A stretch of DNA of 63,332 bases, counting the filler, from Folioceros fuciformis (lineage: Eukaryota), in NCBI GenBank assembly GCA_049999805.1. It is 5 parts of 5 records of this genome, joined end to end, with 100 filler letters (N's around TTAATTAATTAA, not from the genome) between each part and the next. Parts side by side here need not be neighbours in the genome. Positions count along the whole stretch, not along the records: positions 46,637 to 57,818 come from JBNGIO010005943.1; 4 more parts are not named here. One strand, written 5' to 3'. The position numbers were made by a program, and so were the translations under genes. Positions 46,840-57,918 of this stretch are shown here, piece by piece; within the stretch, counting starts at the first letter, position 1; every line of letters starts with the position of its first letter. Under the pieces are notes generated by a model, which saw nothing but the letters and a program-made list of their open reading frames with translations, did not search any database and was not told the origin of the DNA.

Positions 46840-49350
46840 ATGGGACCACAGCTCATTGATGAACAGCAGAGGAAGATTAGGGCATTGATTCTCAAGTATG
46901 ATTGCTTCGCGTTCTCCATGAAGGAGTTGAAACGTTGCAACGTCACAACCTTCAAGATCAACCTCACAAGCCTGGAGCCCATATATCACAGAAGGTATCG
47001 GCTGAGTCAATCTAAGTGGGAGATGGTGGATGCAAGGTGCAAGGAATTATGTGAGGCAGGGCTAATCAGACCTTCCAGTTTTGATTACGTTGCTACGACT
47101 GTCATGCCATCTAAGATGGATAGCCATGGCTTATGGACGGAGAAGAGAATGTGTGGCGATTATCGCCCTATCAACGCCATGACAGCCCAGAACAGGTACC
47201 CTATGCCTACATCGGAGGAGATCTTTGACAGCATCGGCAGATTTGTCTACTTCTCCATATTGGATCTAAGGCAAGGGTTCAACCAAGTGCCAGCGGCACC
47301 GGAGGACATAAAAAAGACAGCCTTTCACGGATCACAGCAATTGTGGGAGTGGCTCATGATGCCGTTCGGCTTCAAGAATGCTCCAGTCACCTTCCAAAGG
47401 GTTATGGACATAGTTTTGGCCGGGTCAACCAACCTATTGTGCTACATAGATGACATCCTTGTGCACAGTGTGGACTTTGAGTCACATTTGGAACACTTGG
47501 AGGACCTTTTCCAGTGCCTAAGGAAGGCTCAGCTCAAGTGCCATCGAGCCAGATGTGAATTTGGTATGGATACAATTGCATATTTAGGGCACAAGGTGGT
47601 TCCCAATGACATGATACCACACTCAGCTAAAGTGCAAGCCATTCTACAGGTCAAGGAGCCCACTAATGTCTCTGCCTTGCGAGCATTCCTTGACATTTGC
47701 AATTCTAATCGGATATATATCCAGAACTTCAGCTGTATTGCCAAGCCTCTCAACAACCTGCTCAGGAAGGACGTGGTATGGACTTGGACTGAGCCTATGC
47801 AGGAGGCGTTTGATACCCTGAAATCCAGGTTGACCTTTGCACCCGTGATGGCCATACCTGATTTCAAGCAACCATTTGTGCTACACACAGACTGGAGCAG
47901 CTTGGGCCTTGGGGCAGTTTTGGCTCAGCATGATGAAGAAGGGAATGAGAGAGTGATAGCCTATGCATCCCAAAGCAACAACAAGGCGGAGGCCAATTAC
48001 AACAGTTATGAAGGTGAATGCCTCAGCGCTATTTGTGCAGTTTGCCACTTCCGACCTTATCTCTATGGACAGGCATTCACGCTGGTGACGGACCACCAGC
48101 CCCTCAAGTGGCTTATGGCCAACACAAAGCTCAGCGGTCAGGTGCGTGACTGGGTTGCCTGCTGCAAGCCATGCGATAGGGTGAAGACTTCCTTCACCAT
48201 CCGGCACCCGGAGCTACATCCTTTGCCTATCATGGGCCTCTTTTTCAAATGGTCATGTGACCTGATTGGGGAGCTGCCACGCACTGCATGTGAGAATGTG
48301 TACGTGCTTGTCATGATAGAGCATTCCTCCAAGTGGGTGGAGGCTGTCGCGTTGCCTGACAAGACGTCTAGGAGCACCTCTCAAGCATTCTTGCAGAATG
48401 TACTCAGCCGTTTCGGCAGCTGTGCAGAATGTTTAATTGACCAAGAATCAGAATTCAGGGGTGAATTCCAAGATCTATTGGACGCAGCGTTGATAGATCA
48501 TCGCAGGACAAGCAGAGACCATCCCCAGGCTGATGGTCTTGCAGAGCAAATGGTCCAGACACCCAAGAAGGGCTTGAGGAAGCTCTATCTACAGATGCCT
48601 AAGACCGAGTGGGATCTCGCCTTGCCCTACATCACAATGGGATACCGGATGAGTAAGCATGCCTCTTTGGCACACTTCTCACCGTATTTCCTACTTTTTG
48701 GCCGTGAGCCAATGCCACCTAGCTCCATCGCCAAGCAATTGCAGCAGGTGGTGGACTTAGACAGTCCGGCTGTATGGGCCAAAGTCATTGGGGCGAGGGC
48801 TACAATGTTTAGGCAAGTCATGCCCATGGCTATGGCAAATTTGCACATCGCACAGCACAGGGACACTCTTAGGTATGCCTATACCAGGAGTGGAAGTTTC
48901 AGGCCCAAACTCAAGAAGTTCCAATTTGGAGACTTTGTGTATTTGCAGCGACAGATTGGTGATACACTAGACACCAGCACTAGCCGCCATGTGTTGCGGA
49001 TCAGGGAAGTGAGACCTAATGGCGTGCTGCTGCTACAGGGGGCAGATGGCAGGACTATTACAGATCACACCAAGAATTGTGGCCCCTTCCACCTACCCAA
49101 CTTGGACCCCACCATTGTCACAGCCAATTGGGTCCCTCCAAAGGATTACCCTTGCCAGGTGTGTCGCAGGGTAGATGATGCATAGCTCATGCTCCTCTAT
49201 GATGGATGCAGTGGCGGATTCCATTTGTTTTGCTTGGATCCGCTGCTGACTGAGGTACCTGAACAATTATGGTATTGCCCCCAGTGTGCTATTCCTACAG
49301 AAAAAACTAGAGAAATGTGGATTAGGGCATGCTTGCAGTTGCCCTGCTGA
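46840..49350 (+). mobile_element. Ty3/Gypsy pol remnant: RT-RNaseH-integrase with a C-terminal PHD finger
   Basis: RMCGDYRPIN, LDLRQGFNQ, MPFGFKNAP, YIDDIL, LHTDWS, TDHQPL, integrase core IEHSSKW..HPQADGLAE. After one TAG (49183) the frame continues with the PHD consensus. Internal deletion at the RH/IN junction. Confidence 0.9.
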
Positions 49351-49890
49351 AACCCGTGGGCTCACACTCTCAGTGTGAGCCCAACCAAATGATCATGACT
49401 CAAAGAGGCAAGCCCACACAGAATCGCTGACGTCAGCCATGGCTGCCACACTTAACCCTAGAGATAGAGGCTGCTAGTCGTCGAAGTCGCACCAAGGGAG
49501 AGTGCCTGCTGCTATCTTAGAAACTCAATTGCTTTTGTTGTTCCAACCATATTCGGGATCAAGAGTTGTAAGGATTGATGTTCTTCGTATCTCGCTGCAG
49601 CACCTGGTGTGATTTACCCGACTCCAAGCTGCCTAGCATAGGCAGCCCGTCAATCAAGTTCTTCCAACAAAAACGTCCAGAAACCTACGTGTGAGCAGAT
49701 TCCATGTCGGGATGGGGGTTCCACATTTTCCTATTGCTCAGCACCTTGTGTGATGCTAACCTTCTTACCACTTTCTTTGGTATGTGCTGTGTTATTCAGC
49801 TGATGCTCCTGGCTAGAGGTTGCCAGACTTATCACCAGCTTGATTGTCTGTTGTGTGCCTTGCACGACATCTGACAGTGACTAGAGCCTC

Positions 49891-50322
49891 TTGACATACT
49901 GTTTCCTGCTCACATCCGCAACTATAAACTGGTCATGTAAAAAGCAGTCATCCATTGCCCTATCATCAACAGAATTAGAGTATAAGTCTCTGACAAATGC
50001 CTCAAAGGAGGCAGAATGGGAAAGGGCTTTCTTACATGACTTGGGGCAAACTCAGCAGGCACCTACCTCAGTACTGTGTGATAACATGTCTGCACTTGCT
50101 CTCGTCGCAAACCCTAGGTTCCATGCTCGTACTAAACACATCGAAATACAGCATCACTATATAAGAGATGCTGTTGAGCGAGGAGCCGTGAAGGTTGGAT
50201 ACATAAGCACAGAGGACAATGTTGCAGACGTGTTAACCAAGGGCTTGGTGAAGCATAAACACTACAAGCACATGTCAGGCTTAGGTCTGGATGATTACTC
50301 AAGATACTTAGACAACCAATGA
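49891..50322 (+). mobile_element. Ty1/Copia RNase H fragment
   Basis: INWSCKKQSSIALSSTELEY, CDNMSA, HARTKHIEIQHHYIR, NVADVLTK. Confidence 0.9.
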
Positions 50323-50769
50323 CTTATCTTTGGGAGGTGGGGCGGGAACCTGAAGGTTCCCTAGGCGTTGATGAGTTGTGCCTATGTTGTGCCTAGGATA
50401 ACTGCACAAGCCCCACATACACACCGTCGGGTCAGCCACTGCGAGTTAGTACTTGAGGAGACAGAGGGAGCAAACACTACGTTGCAAGAAGGATGAAGCT
50501 TACCTTAGCATCTAATCTCCTTACAGTGCAGACCCTTCTACACAGACGGCTTCACATCGTACCGATCTTCATTGGGGGATGGTCTCCTTCCAGCTGCAAT
50601 CATATCCTCAAGCTCCTTGATCTTGTCTGTTGCCAATCGGAGCTGGGCAAGTAGAGTGGGCAGAGCCATATCAGAGAAGCGGTGGGCAAGTAGAGTGGGC
50701 AGAGCCATATCAGAGAAGCGGAAGTCGGTCTACCGGGGTTTAGTTCCTTGAGATGTTGGGGCCTGAACT

Positions 50770-51116
50770 TGTTGAGATGTCACCCCCGCCATGCTCAAAG
50801 GAGGTTAAAACAAGTTAGTTGAAGCAAGATGCAGAATCCCAAAACTAAGAGCACTATAAAAAGGCTCTTAATCTCAAATAAAAAAGGAGAATTACAAAAA
50901 CAACACAATACAAGTGAAGAGGGAGTTAGACTGCATATGCTAAGTGGGTTCATCCCTTCTTTTATGGACCTATGGGTGGCACTCTCATTTCATGCCCAAT
51001 ATGGGATAAATGACCCCAACCAAACCCTACAATACTTCTTTTGCCCAACATAGCAAAGTCTAATAAGCTATATATATATATTAATCATAACCTTAATCAC
51101 TCTTACCACTAATTAG
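50770..51116 (-). mobile_element. Partial LTR of the Copia element 4 family, minus strand, cut by Copia element 3
   Basis: 51084-51116 is the reverse complement of 63300-63332. The minus strand ends ...catctcaaCA at 50770. Confidence 0.7.
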
Positions 51117-51491
51117 TGTGGAAAATGCGTGAATAGTTAGGTTTAACATTTAATAGCCAGACTTAATTAATTATTTATTAGGGCGAAAGTCGGGGTATGA
51201 AACGCTGGGAGCGTTTCATAGAGTCATAGCTTTTCATAAGGGTCGCAACCCTAACCAACAGCCACCACCGAACCGGTGCACGCACTCTCTCTCCTGGCTT
51301 AAGGCCACTTTTGGCCACGCCTAATCTTGTCTTTTCTACTAATGATGTGCATGTAATTCGATCCTAGACCACAAATTTGTTATGGTATCAGAGCTTTGTT
51401 AAGGCATTGAAGCGGTCCACCGCCTTCTGTCGAGAGCATCACATTTCTGGACAGAACGAGGATGGACATCTTCAAGTGATTAGAAGGAAAA

Positions 51492-51668
51492 ATGGATCCA
51501 GCATCTCCTCCTGGCAGTTGCGCTGTCTGCAAAAGCACAAACTGTATTAAAAGCCTGCCGCATGCTCAATTCTGCAGTCTAATTTCTGCATTAGAGCAAG
51601 CACTTAGCAGTTTTGGAGAGATGTCGGATGCATTCCTTGCAGAAGCTGTTGCACACTATTACAGTTAG
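51492..51668 (+). CDS. Copia 3 leader ORF0, 58 aa, Cys/His-rich
   Basis: MDPASPPGSCAVCKSTNCIKSLPHAQFCSLISALEQALSSFGEMSDAFLAEAVAHYYS*, hand-translated and below the ORF-track cutoff. Confidence 0.4.
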   Translation: MDPASPPGSCAVCKSTNCIKSLPHAQFCSLISALEQALSSFGEMSDAFLAEAVAHYYS

Positions 51669-51679
51669 TGTCTAGCATT

Positions 51680-52255
51680 ATGCCGAGAGCTCGAGGGAAG
51701 GGTAAATTACCCGTAGACCCGTTTGCATGCAGTTCTGGCCTGAGTGTAGAAGCACAACATAAGAACCTTCAACACTTCTTTAACCTGTGTCCCAGACCTG
51801 CATCACACACATATTCTAATCAGAACCAGAGACAGGCTAATCCTGATCCCCTAGCGGGTCTTAGGCAGCAAATTTGCAAGGAAATAAATCAATCTCTTGC
51901 AATTAGTGCACAAAGAGCAAGAGAAACACCCACCTGTAAAATTTGTGCGAGTACATATCCTCCCAAGCCTAATCTAACCCTCCGGGATTTATACAATAGT
52001 TTCAGGTCTGAATCAGAGTGGCACAGGCAGCAGGTGTCCGATCTGACAGATAGAGTTATAAACTCTCAAAGGCATATAGTGACCCTCACCCGTCAGATAG
52101 AATTGCTGGCCAGACACCCTGCATTCCATAAATCTGCCAAGCAGCCTGACCTGACTAGTTCAGACCCTGAGATAGACGAATCCCAGCCAGTCTCCTTTGA
52201 GTCATGGGAACGAGAAACCATTTCTCGGTCAACTCATGATAAGGCATCTTTGTAA
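51680..52255 (+). CDS. Copia 3 leader ORF1, 191 aa, basic N-terminus, CxxC, coiled coil
   Basis: Intact ORF between PBS and gag; stop lies 8 nt before the gag ATG. Confidence 0.55.
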   Translation: MPRARGKGKLPVDPFACSSGLSVEAQHKNLQHFFNLCPRPASHTYSNQNQRQANPDPLAGLRQQICKEINQSLAISAQRARETPTCKICASTYPPKPNLTLRDLYNSFRSESEWHRQQVSDLTDRVINSQRHIVTLTRQIELLARHPAFHKSAKQPDLTSSDPEIDESQPVSFESWERETISRSTHDKASL

Positions 52256-55200
52256 CCTGGCTCATGTCCAGCAGCAACCGAGGAAGGGGGACTAGAAATC
52301 CAAGAGGCAGGCGTAGAGGTCGTGGAGCAGGAAGGGGAGGAAACACAAATCCAGATCCATTCCTAGTTGATCCACTAGGCCTGAACCAAGAGGCTGCCTC
52401 CTCCCAGTCAAACACAGGCCCTTCATCTGTATCGGTTGCACAGCTAGTCGAGGCATACACATTAGCACAAGCGGGCCAATCTCTTGCACATCAAACGGTT
52501 GGAAATATGGGAACCAATCAACCACAGACTGTCACAAACAATACAACCACTGTTACAAACTTTAAGATAGACTTCAAGGAAAAGGACAGGTTCAGTGGTA
52601 CCCAATTTGACATCTGGGCACTCAGAGTTCAGACCATCTTGAGAGAACACGATCTTTGGGAGATCGTGACGGGCACAGTGCCCAAACCTCCGCAAGGAGC
52701 AGCCCAGGCAGACGTAGATAAATGGGCAAAATCAGATCTTCGAGCTCTAGGCATCATTCAGGCAGCCCTCGATGGGTCGATGATGCATCATACTCAAGAT
52801 GCTGCAACAACAAAAGATGTGTGGGACTCTCTAAACCAGATCTACAGAGTGTCAAATGGCTCATCGATGGTGAGTGCTACCCGTGCCTTCTACAATTGCA
52901 AGATGAAAGAGCACGAGTCAGTGGAACAGCATGTCATAAAATTCAGAATGCTAAGGTCCAAGCTTACCTCTAGCGGGACGACCACGACGGAGATGCAGGC
53001 TGCTGTGGCCCTTCTCCTATCTCTGCCTGACAGTTACCGTGTCTTCGTAAGCAACCACTGCACACACATGAGGAATGTGGCCCAGGCCACACCAGCCGGT
53101 GGAACACCTGCAGTTTCCCTCTCAGACTTAATTGGAGCCTTGCTTGAGGAAGAATCCACAAGGATCGCAAGCAGGGGTGGTACCTCCTCCAGGGGAGAGT
53201 CCTCAAATCGAGTTCTCTACACTAACAGAGGCTCAAAGAGACAGCCACCACGACAGGGAAAACAGTATCAGAATGCTGGAAGCAGTGGGAGCTTCAATCG
53301 TCGACCACCAACTGCAGCTACAAAGAAGAAGGGCACCTGCAATTGGTGCCTCATCCCAGGTCACTGGGAGGCAGAATGCAGGAAAAAGAAGGCAGGAGAG
53401 CCTCGGAGGACAGCTCCACCCGAAGCCAACATGGCATCTAGAAAGTCCAACACTGTTCTAGCAGTCTACATGGTGTCAACACCGCAATCTAGATATGCGT
53501 GGTACCTCGATTCAGGTGCATCGTCGCACATTTGTCATACTAGATCAGCATTCTCCGAATATAGAAAGGTGCCGAGTGGTCAGGTTGTACTACTTGGTGA
53601 CGATCGGGGTCTGCCCATCAAAGGAATAGGCAAGGTCCCTGTCCAGTCCACAACTGGAAGAGTGGAAGTGCTTTTAGAAGTACTGCATGTACCAACCCTG
53701 GTCAAGAATCTGGTGTCAGTCTACCTGCTAGACACACAACACAAGCTAAGCACCGTTTGTGCCGATGGCAAGTGCCATATAATCGACCAGGCAAACAAAT
53801 CTGAGTTGTTTGCAATAGGAACACCAGAGCATAACCTGTACAGGCTGGATCTCGAGTATGGACATGGCAGTCCAGTGGCAAACCTGACACAAGCACAGAA
53901 GGACGAACGAGATGTCAGACTGTGGCATGCTCGTTTGGGTCATACAAACTTTGATAAGTTAAAACTGATGGCCAAGAGTGACACTCTTTACCGTGAAAAA
54001 TTCCAGCTGAAGTCTGTGGAGAAGCCTTTCTGTGAGGCATGTGTGTTTGGGAAACACCACCGAGCTCCATACAAGGACAGCAACCCAACACGTGCTACCA
54101 AGCTCCTGGAGCTTGTGCATACGGATATCTGTGGACCCATGTCCACAATGTCACTCGGAGGAGCTAGGTACTTCTTGTCATTCATAGATGACTGGAGCCG
54201 ATACACAGTGGTGTATCCCATCAAACAAAAGAGTCAGACACTTGACTGCTTCATGGAGTTTGTGATGTTTGCACAAAGGCAAACAGGCCAGCTGCTTAAA
54301 ACCTTGAGGAGTGATAATGGAGGCGAGTACATTTCAGATGCATTCGCCAGTTTCTGCAAGGGAGAAGGCATAGCCAGGCAGCTGACAACTCCATATACGT
54401 CAGCACAAAATCCCATTGCTGAAATCTCAAACAGGCACACACAAGAATCAGCCAAGGCAATGCTTCAGCAGGCACGTCTCTCGAGAGGATACTGGGCTGA
54501 AGCAGTATGTACAGCTGTGTACATTAGGAACAGAGTTCCAACCAGCGCATTCACTGGTGCAACACCATATGAGCGCTGGACAAATCACAAACCGAGAATC
54601 AACCATCTCAGGATTTTCGGTGCAACTGCATATGCTCACCTTGCGGAGGAACAACGAGTCAAACTCGACTACAAAGCCCGCAAGTACGTCTTTGTAGGTT
54701 ACACGGAAGGAATTAAGGGGTACAAACTGATGGACCCCAGTACCAGGAGCGTAACACACTGTCGGAGTGTGGTGTTTGATGAGTTGTCACTGTTCGCACC
54801 TCAACCTGAGCTCACAGAGCGGATTCCTGCACAAGAGGCCTCCACAAGCGAGGTGTCAGAAGGAGAAACCAGTGAGGAAACCCTCCAGCACACAACAACT
54901 ACAACACAGCATGTGCACATACCTGCTGCAGTTGGAAACTTGTCAGCAAGTGTTTTCCCAGATGATGAAGAGGGAGAATCATCCTATGACACCCAAACTG
55001 AAACACCGGCTGACAATGAAGATGTTGAGGATACAGAGGGTTCTCATGCAGGCAGTCATCACGAGGCTGCCGAATCACAGACTGAACAAGGGCAGTCTTC
55101 TGAAGTGGTGGTGGAGTCAGCTCCAGAACCTGAAGGTCCAAGACGGAGCAGCAGGAGGCATACTGCCTCACCTGACGAATGGTTTGAACCACCTCTCACA

Positions 55201-56984
55201 TACAGTTCCTTCCTGGTGCAGGATGATAGTGAGCCGGGCAACCTGTACGAGCCACAGTCATACAGAGAAGCAGTTAGTGGACCTGAAGCTGAAAAATGGA
55301 ATGCAGCAATTGCATCTGAGTACCAGTCTCTATTAGATAATGGGACATGGGAATTGGTGGACCTACCTGCTGGCAGGAAACCTGTAACCTGCAAGTGGGT
55401 ATTTAAGAAAAAGCTTGCAGCTGACGGAAGTATAGCAAGATTTAAAGCTCGACTTGTAGCAAGAGGGTATAGCCAGGTGGAAGGCCTGGACTATACAGAA
55501 ACCTTCTCACCAGTTGTCAGGGCAACTTCAGTTCGCACCCTGTTCGCAATTGCAGCACAAAGAGACTACGCCATGGAACACATGGACGTAAAAACTGCAT
55601 TCTTAAACGGGAACCTGGAGGAAACGATTTTTATGAGTCAGCCTGAGGGTTTTGTAGATGCTAAGCAGCCAGGAAAGGTATGCAGGCTCATAAAAACCAT
55701 CTATGGCCTGAAGCAGTCCCCTCGAGCCTGGTACAAACGCATTGATACATACCTCAAACAGTCAGGTTTCCTCCAATCAGAATCGGACTCAAATGTGTAC
55801 AAGTTGGAGGACAAAGACGGAGTTGTCTTCCTGGCACTCTATGTGGATGATGCTGTACTTATTGCGAGTAACCCGAATATAATGACCAAGGTGAAATCTA
55901 TACTCACCTCTGAGTTCTCCATGACANNNNNNNNNNNNNNNNNNNNNNNNNNNNNNNNNNNNNNNNNNNNNNNNNNNNNNNNNNNNNNNNNNNNNNNNNN
56001 NNNNNNNNNNNNNNNNNNNNNNNNNNAGTCAGGTACTAGCCAGATACAGAATGTCAGAGTGCAAACCTGCTGCAACGCCAATGGCTGTTGGAGAAAAATT
56101 GAGTGTTGAGCAGGCACCTAAAACAGAAATGGAGAGACGGCAGATGGAAAGCATCCCGTACAGGTCAGCAGTGTGCTCGCTCATCTATTGCAGGAACTGG
56201 ACGAGGCCTGACTTGTCCTACGCAGTGGGAGTAACATCTCAATTCTTGACATGCTATGGACAAGCTCATTGGGCAGTAGTGCAGAGAGTGATGAGGTACC
56301 TGAAGGGTACGCTGAGGCTTGGACTGCTGTATAGGCAAAGGCCAAAGAACCTGCTCCTGACATGCTTCTGCGATGCTGACTGGGCAGCAGATGCTGACAC
56401 ACGCAGGTCCATCTCTGCCAATTGCCTTCTACTGGGAGCCCATGAATATGAGGCCACAGTAGTTTCCTGGCATTCCAAGAAACAGCAAGTTGTGGCCCTA
56501 TCATCAACAGAGGCAGAGTACGCTGCTACAGCTACTGCTGCCCAAGACATTGTATATGCAAGGGAGCTGCTCTCCTCACTAGGTGAAAACCAAACTGCAC
56601 CCACGCTCTTACTGTGTGATAATCAGTCCGCTATAGCATTAGCACAGAATCCTATCATGCATGCTAGAACTAAACACATAGAAGTGAAGCATCACTTCAT
56701 TAGACAGGTGCTACTAAATGGGCAGGCTACTTTACAGTATGTGCCTACCAACGACAATGTGTCGGACCTGCTAACCAAAGCCTTAGCAAAAGAAAAACAC
56801 GACAGCTTCTGTAGAGCACTAGGCCTGGTAGTAGGAAAATAGCACCAAGAAACCATCCCACGAGGTCAGCACTTGCAAGGACTTCATGTATACCTTCAGG
56901 ACTGCAAGCTAGCTGCTCTGAAAGCGGCGAGTTGGCATCTTTGTGGAGCACAAGTACCAGGGTTCTGCGCAAGGCGGAAAAAGG

Positions 56985-57344
56985 TCAGGACTTCACCAAA
57001 AACAGGAGGAAAACCAGCAGCAAGTACCTTGCAGAAGCCTGTGGCGGCGCATCATAGCGAAGAATGAGCCGCCCCTCGTCTGTAAAGTCTGATCCGGCGT
57101 ACAAGAAGCAGTCCATACAATTGGGCAGCATTCTGAAGGACGCATCTGGTGCTAGCTGAGGAAATCCCTGAAGGCGCTTCCAACGAGCGTACGCGGCCTC
57201 CAGTTCAGCCTCAGCAGTGTACAAATTTGCAAACTCAACGCACAAGGAGCAGGGTCTCCGCCGACGGAGCTCAAGAACAACCAGCACGATGACCAGCAAC
57301 ATCACGCAAGCGACCAAAACCTGGCCATCAGCAGAGGAATCCAT
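56985..57344 (-). CDS. Copia 3 antisense ORF between RNaseH and PPT, ~119 aa from MDSSADG, predicted membrane-anchored
   Basis: VLVACVMLLVIVLVVLEL followed by RRRR, two CxxC motifs and a hydrophobic C-terminus. Confidence 0.5.
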   Translation of the reverse strand: MDSSADGQVLVACVMLLVIVLVVLELRRRRPCSLCVEFANLYTAEAELEAAYARWKRLQGFPQLAPDASFRMLPNCMDCFLYAGSDFTDEGRLILRYDAPPQASARYLLLVFLLFLVKS

Positions 57345-57710
57345 GGCGGCGGCAGTAAGCGCAAGCGAAAACCTAGCTGCAGATCGAAACCCGGCGAGAC
57401 ATGAAGAATTAACGAAGTTCTGGCTAAGTGGGAGTGTGGAAAATGCGTGAATAGTTAGGTTTAACATTTAATAGCCAGACTTAATTAATGATTTATTTAT
57501 TAGGGCGAAAGTCGGGGTATGAAACGCTGGGAGCGTTTCATAGAGTCATAGCTTTTCATAAGGGTCGCAACCCTAACCAACAGCCACCACCGAACCGGTG
57601 CACGCACTCTCTCTCTTGGCTTAAGGCCACTTTTGGCCACGTCTAATCTTAATCTTGTCTTTTCTACTAATGATGTGCATGTAATTCGATCCTAGACCAC
57701 AAATTTGTTA

Positions 57711-57818
57711 TTCTCAACGCCCATATGTCAAATTGGGTTCCTGAGAACCTGTCCTTCTCTTTGAAGTCTATTACAGCCTTTAAGTACACCTGTTGTAGTT
57801 CCCACTCCGACTGGAGGG
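57711..57818 (-). mobile_element. gag fragment of a Copia related to element 3, opposite orientation
   Basis: Minus strand encodes IDFKEKDRFSGTQFDIWALR, the same peptide as 52567-52626 but with many synonymous differences. Confidence 0.85.
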
Positions 57819-57918
57819 NNNNNNNNNNNNNNNNNNNNNNNNNNNNNNNNNNNNNNNNNNNNTTAATTAATTAANNNNNNNNNNNNNNNNNNNNNNNNNN
57901 NNNNNNNNNNNNNNNNNN

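Larger units (their letters stand above)
51117..57710 (+). mobile_element. Ty1/Copia element 3, near full length: 5' LTR 51117-51382, PBS 51383-51394, gag-pol 52264-56842, PPT 57426-57434, 3' LTR 57435-57710
   Basis: Near-identical LTRs and PBS TGGTATCAGAGC. Zinc knuckle CNWCLIPGHWEAEC, WYLDSGASSH, HTDICGP/SDNGGEY, RT HMDVKTAFL..LYVDD, RNaseH CDADWA..EAEY. No stops seen outside the N gap. Confidence 0.95.
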
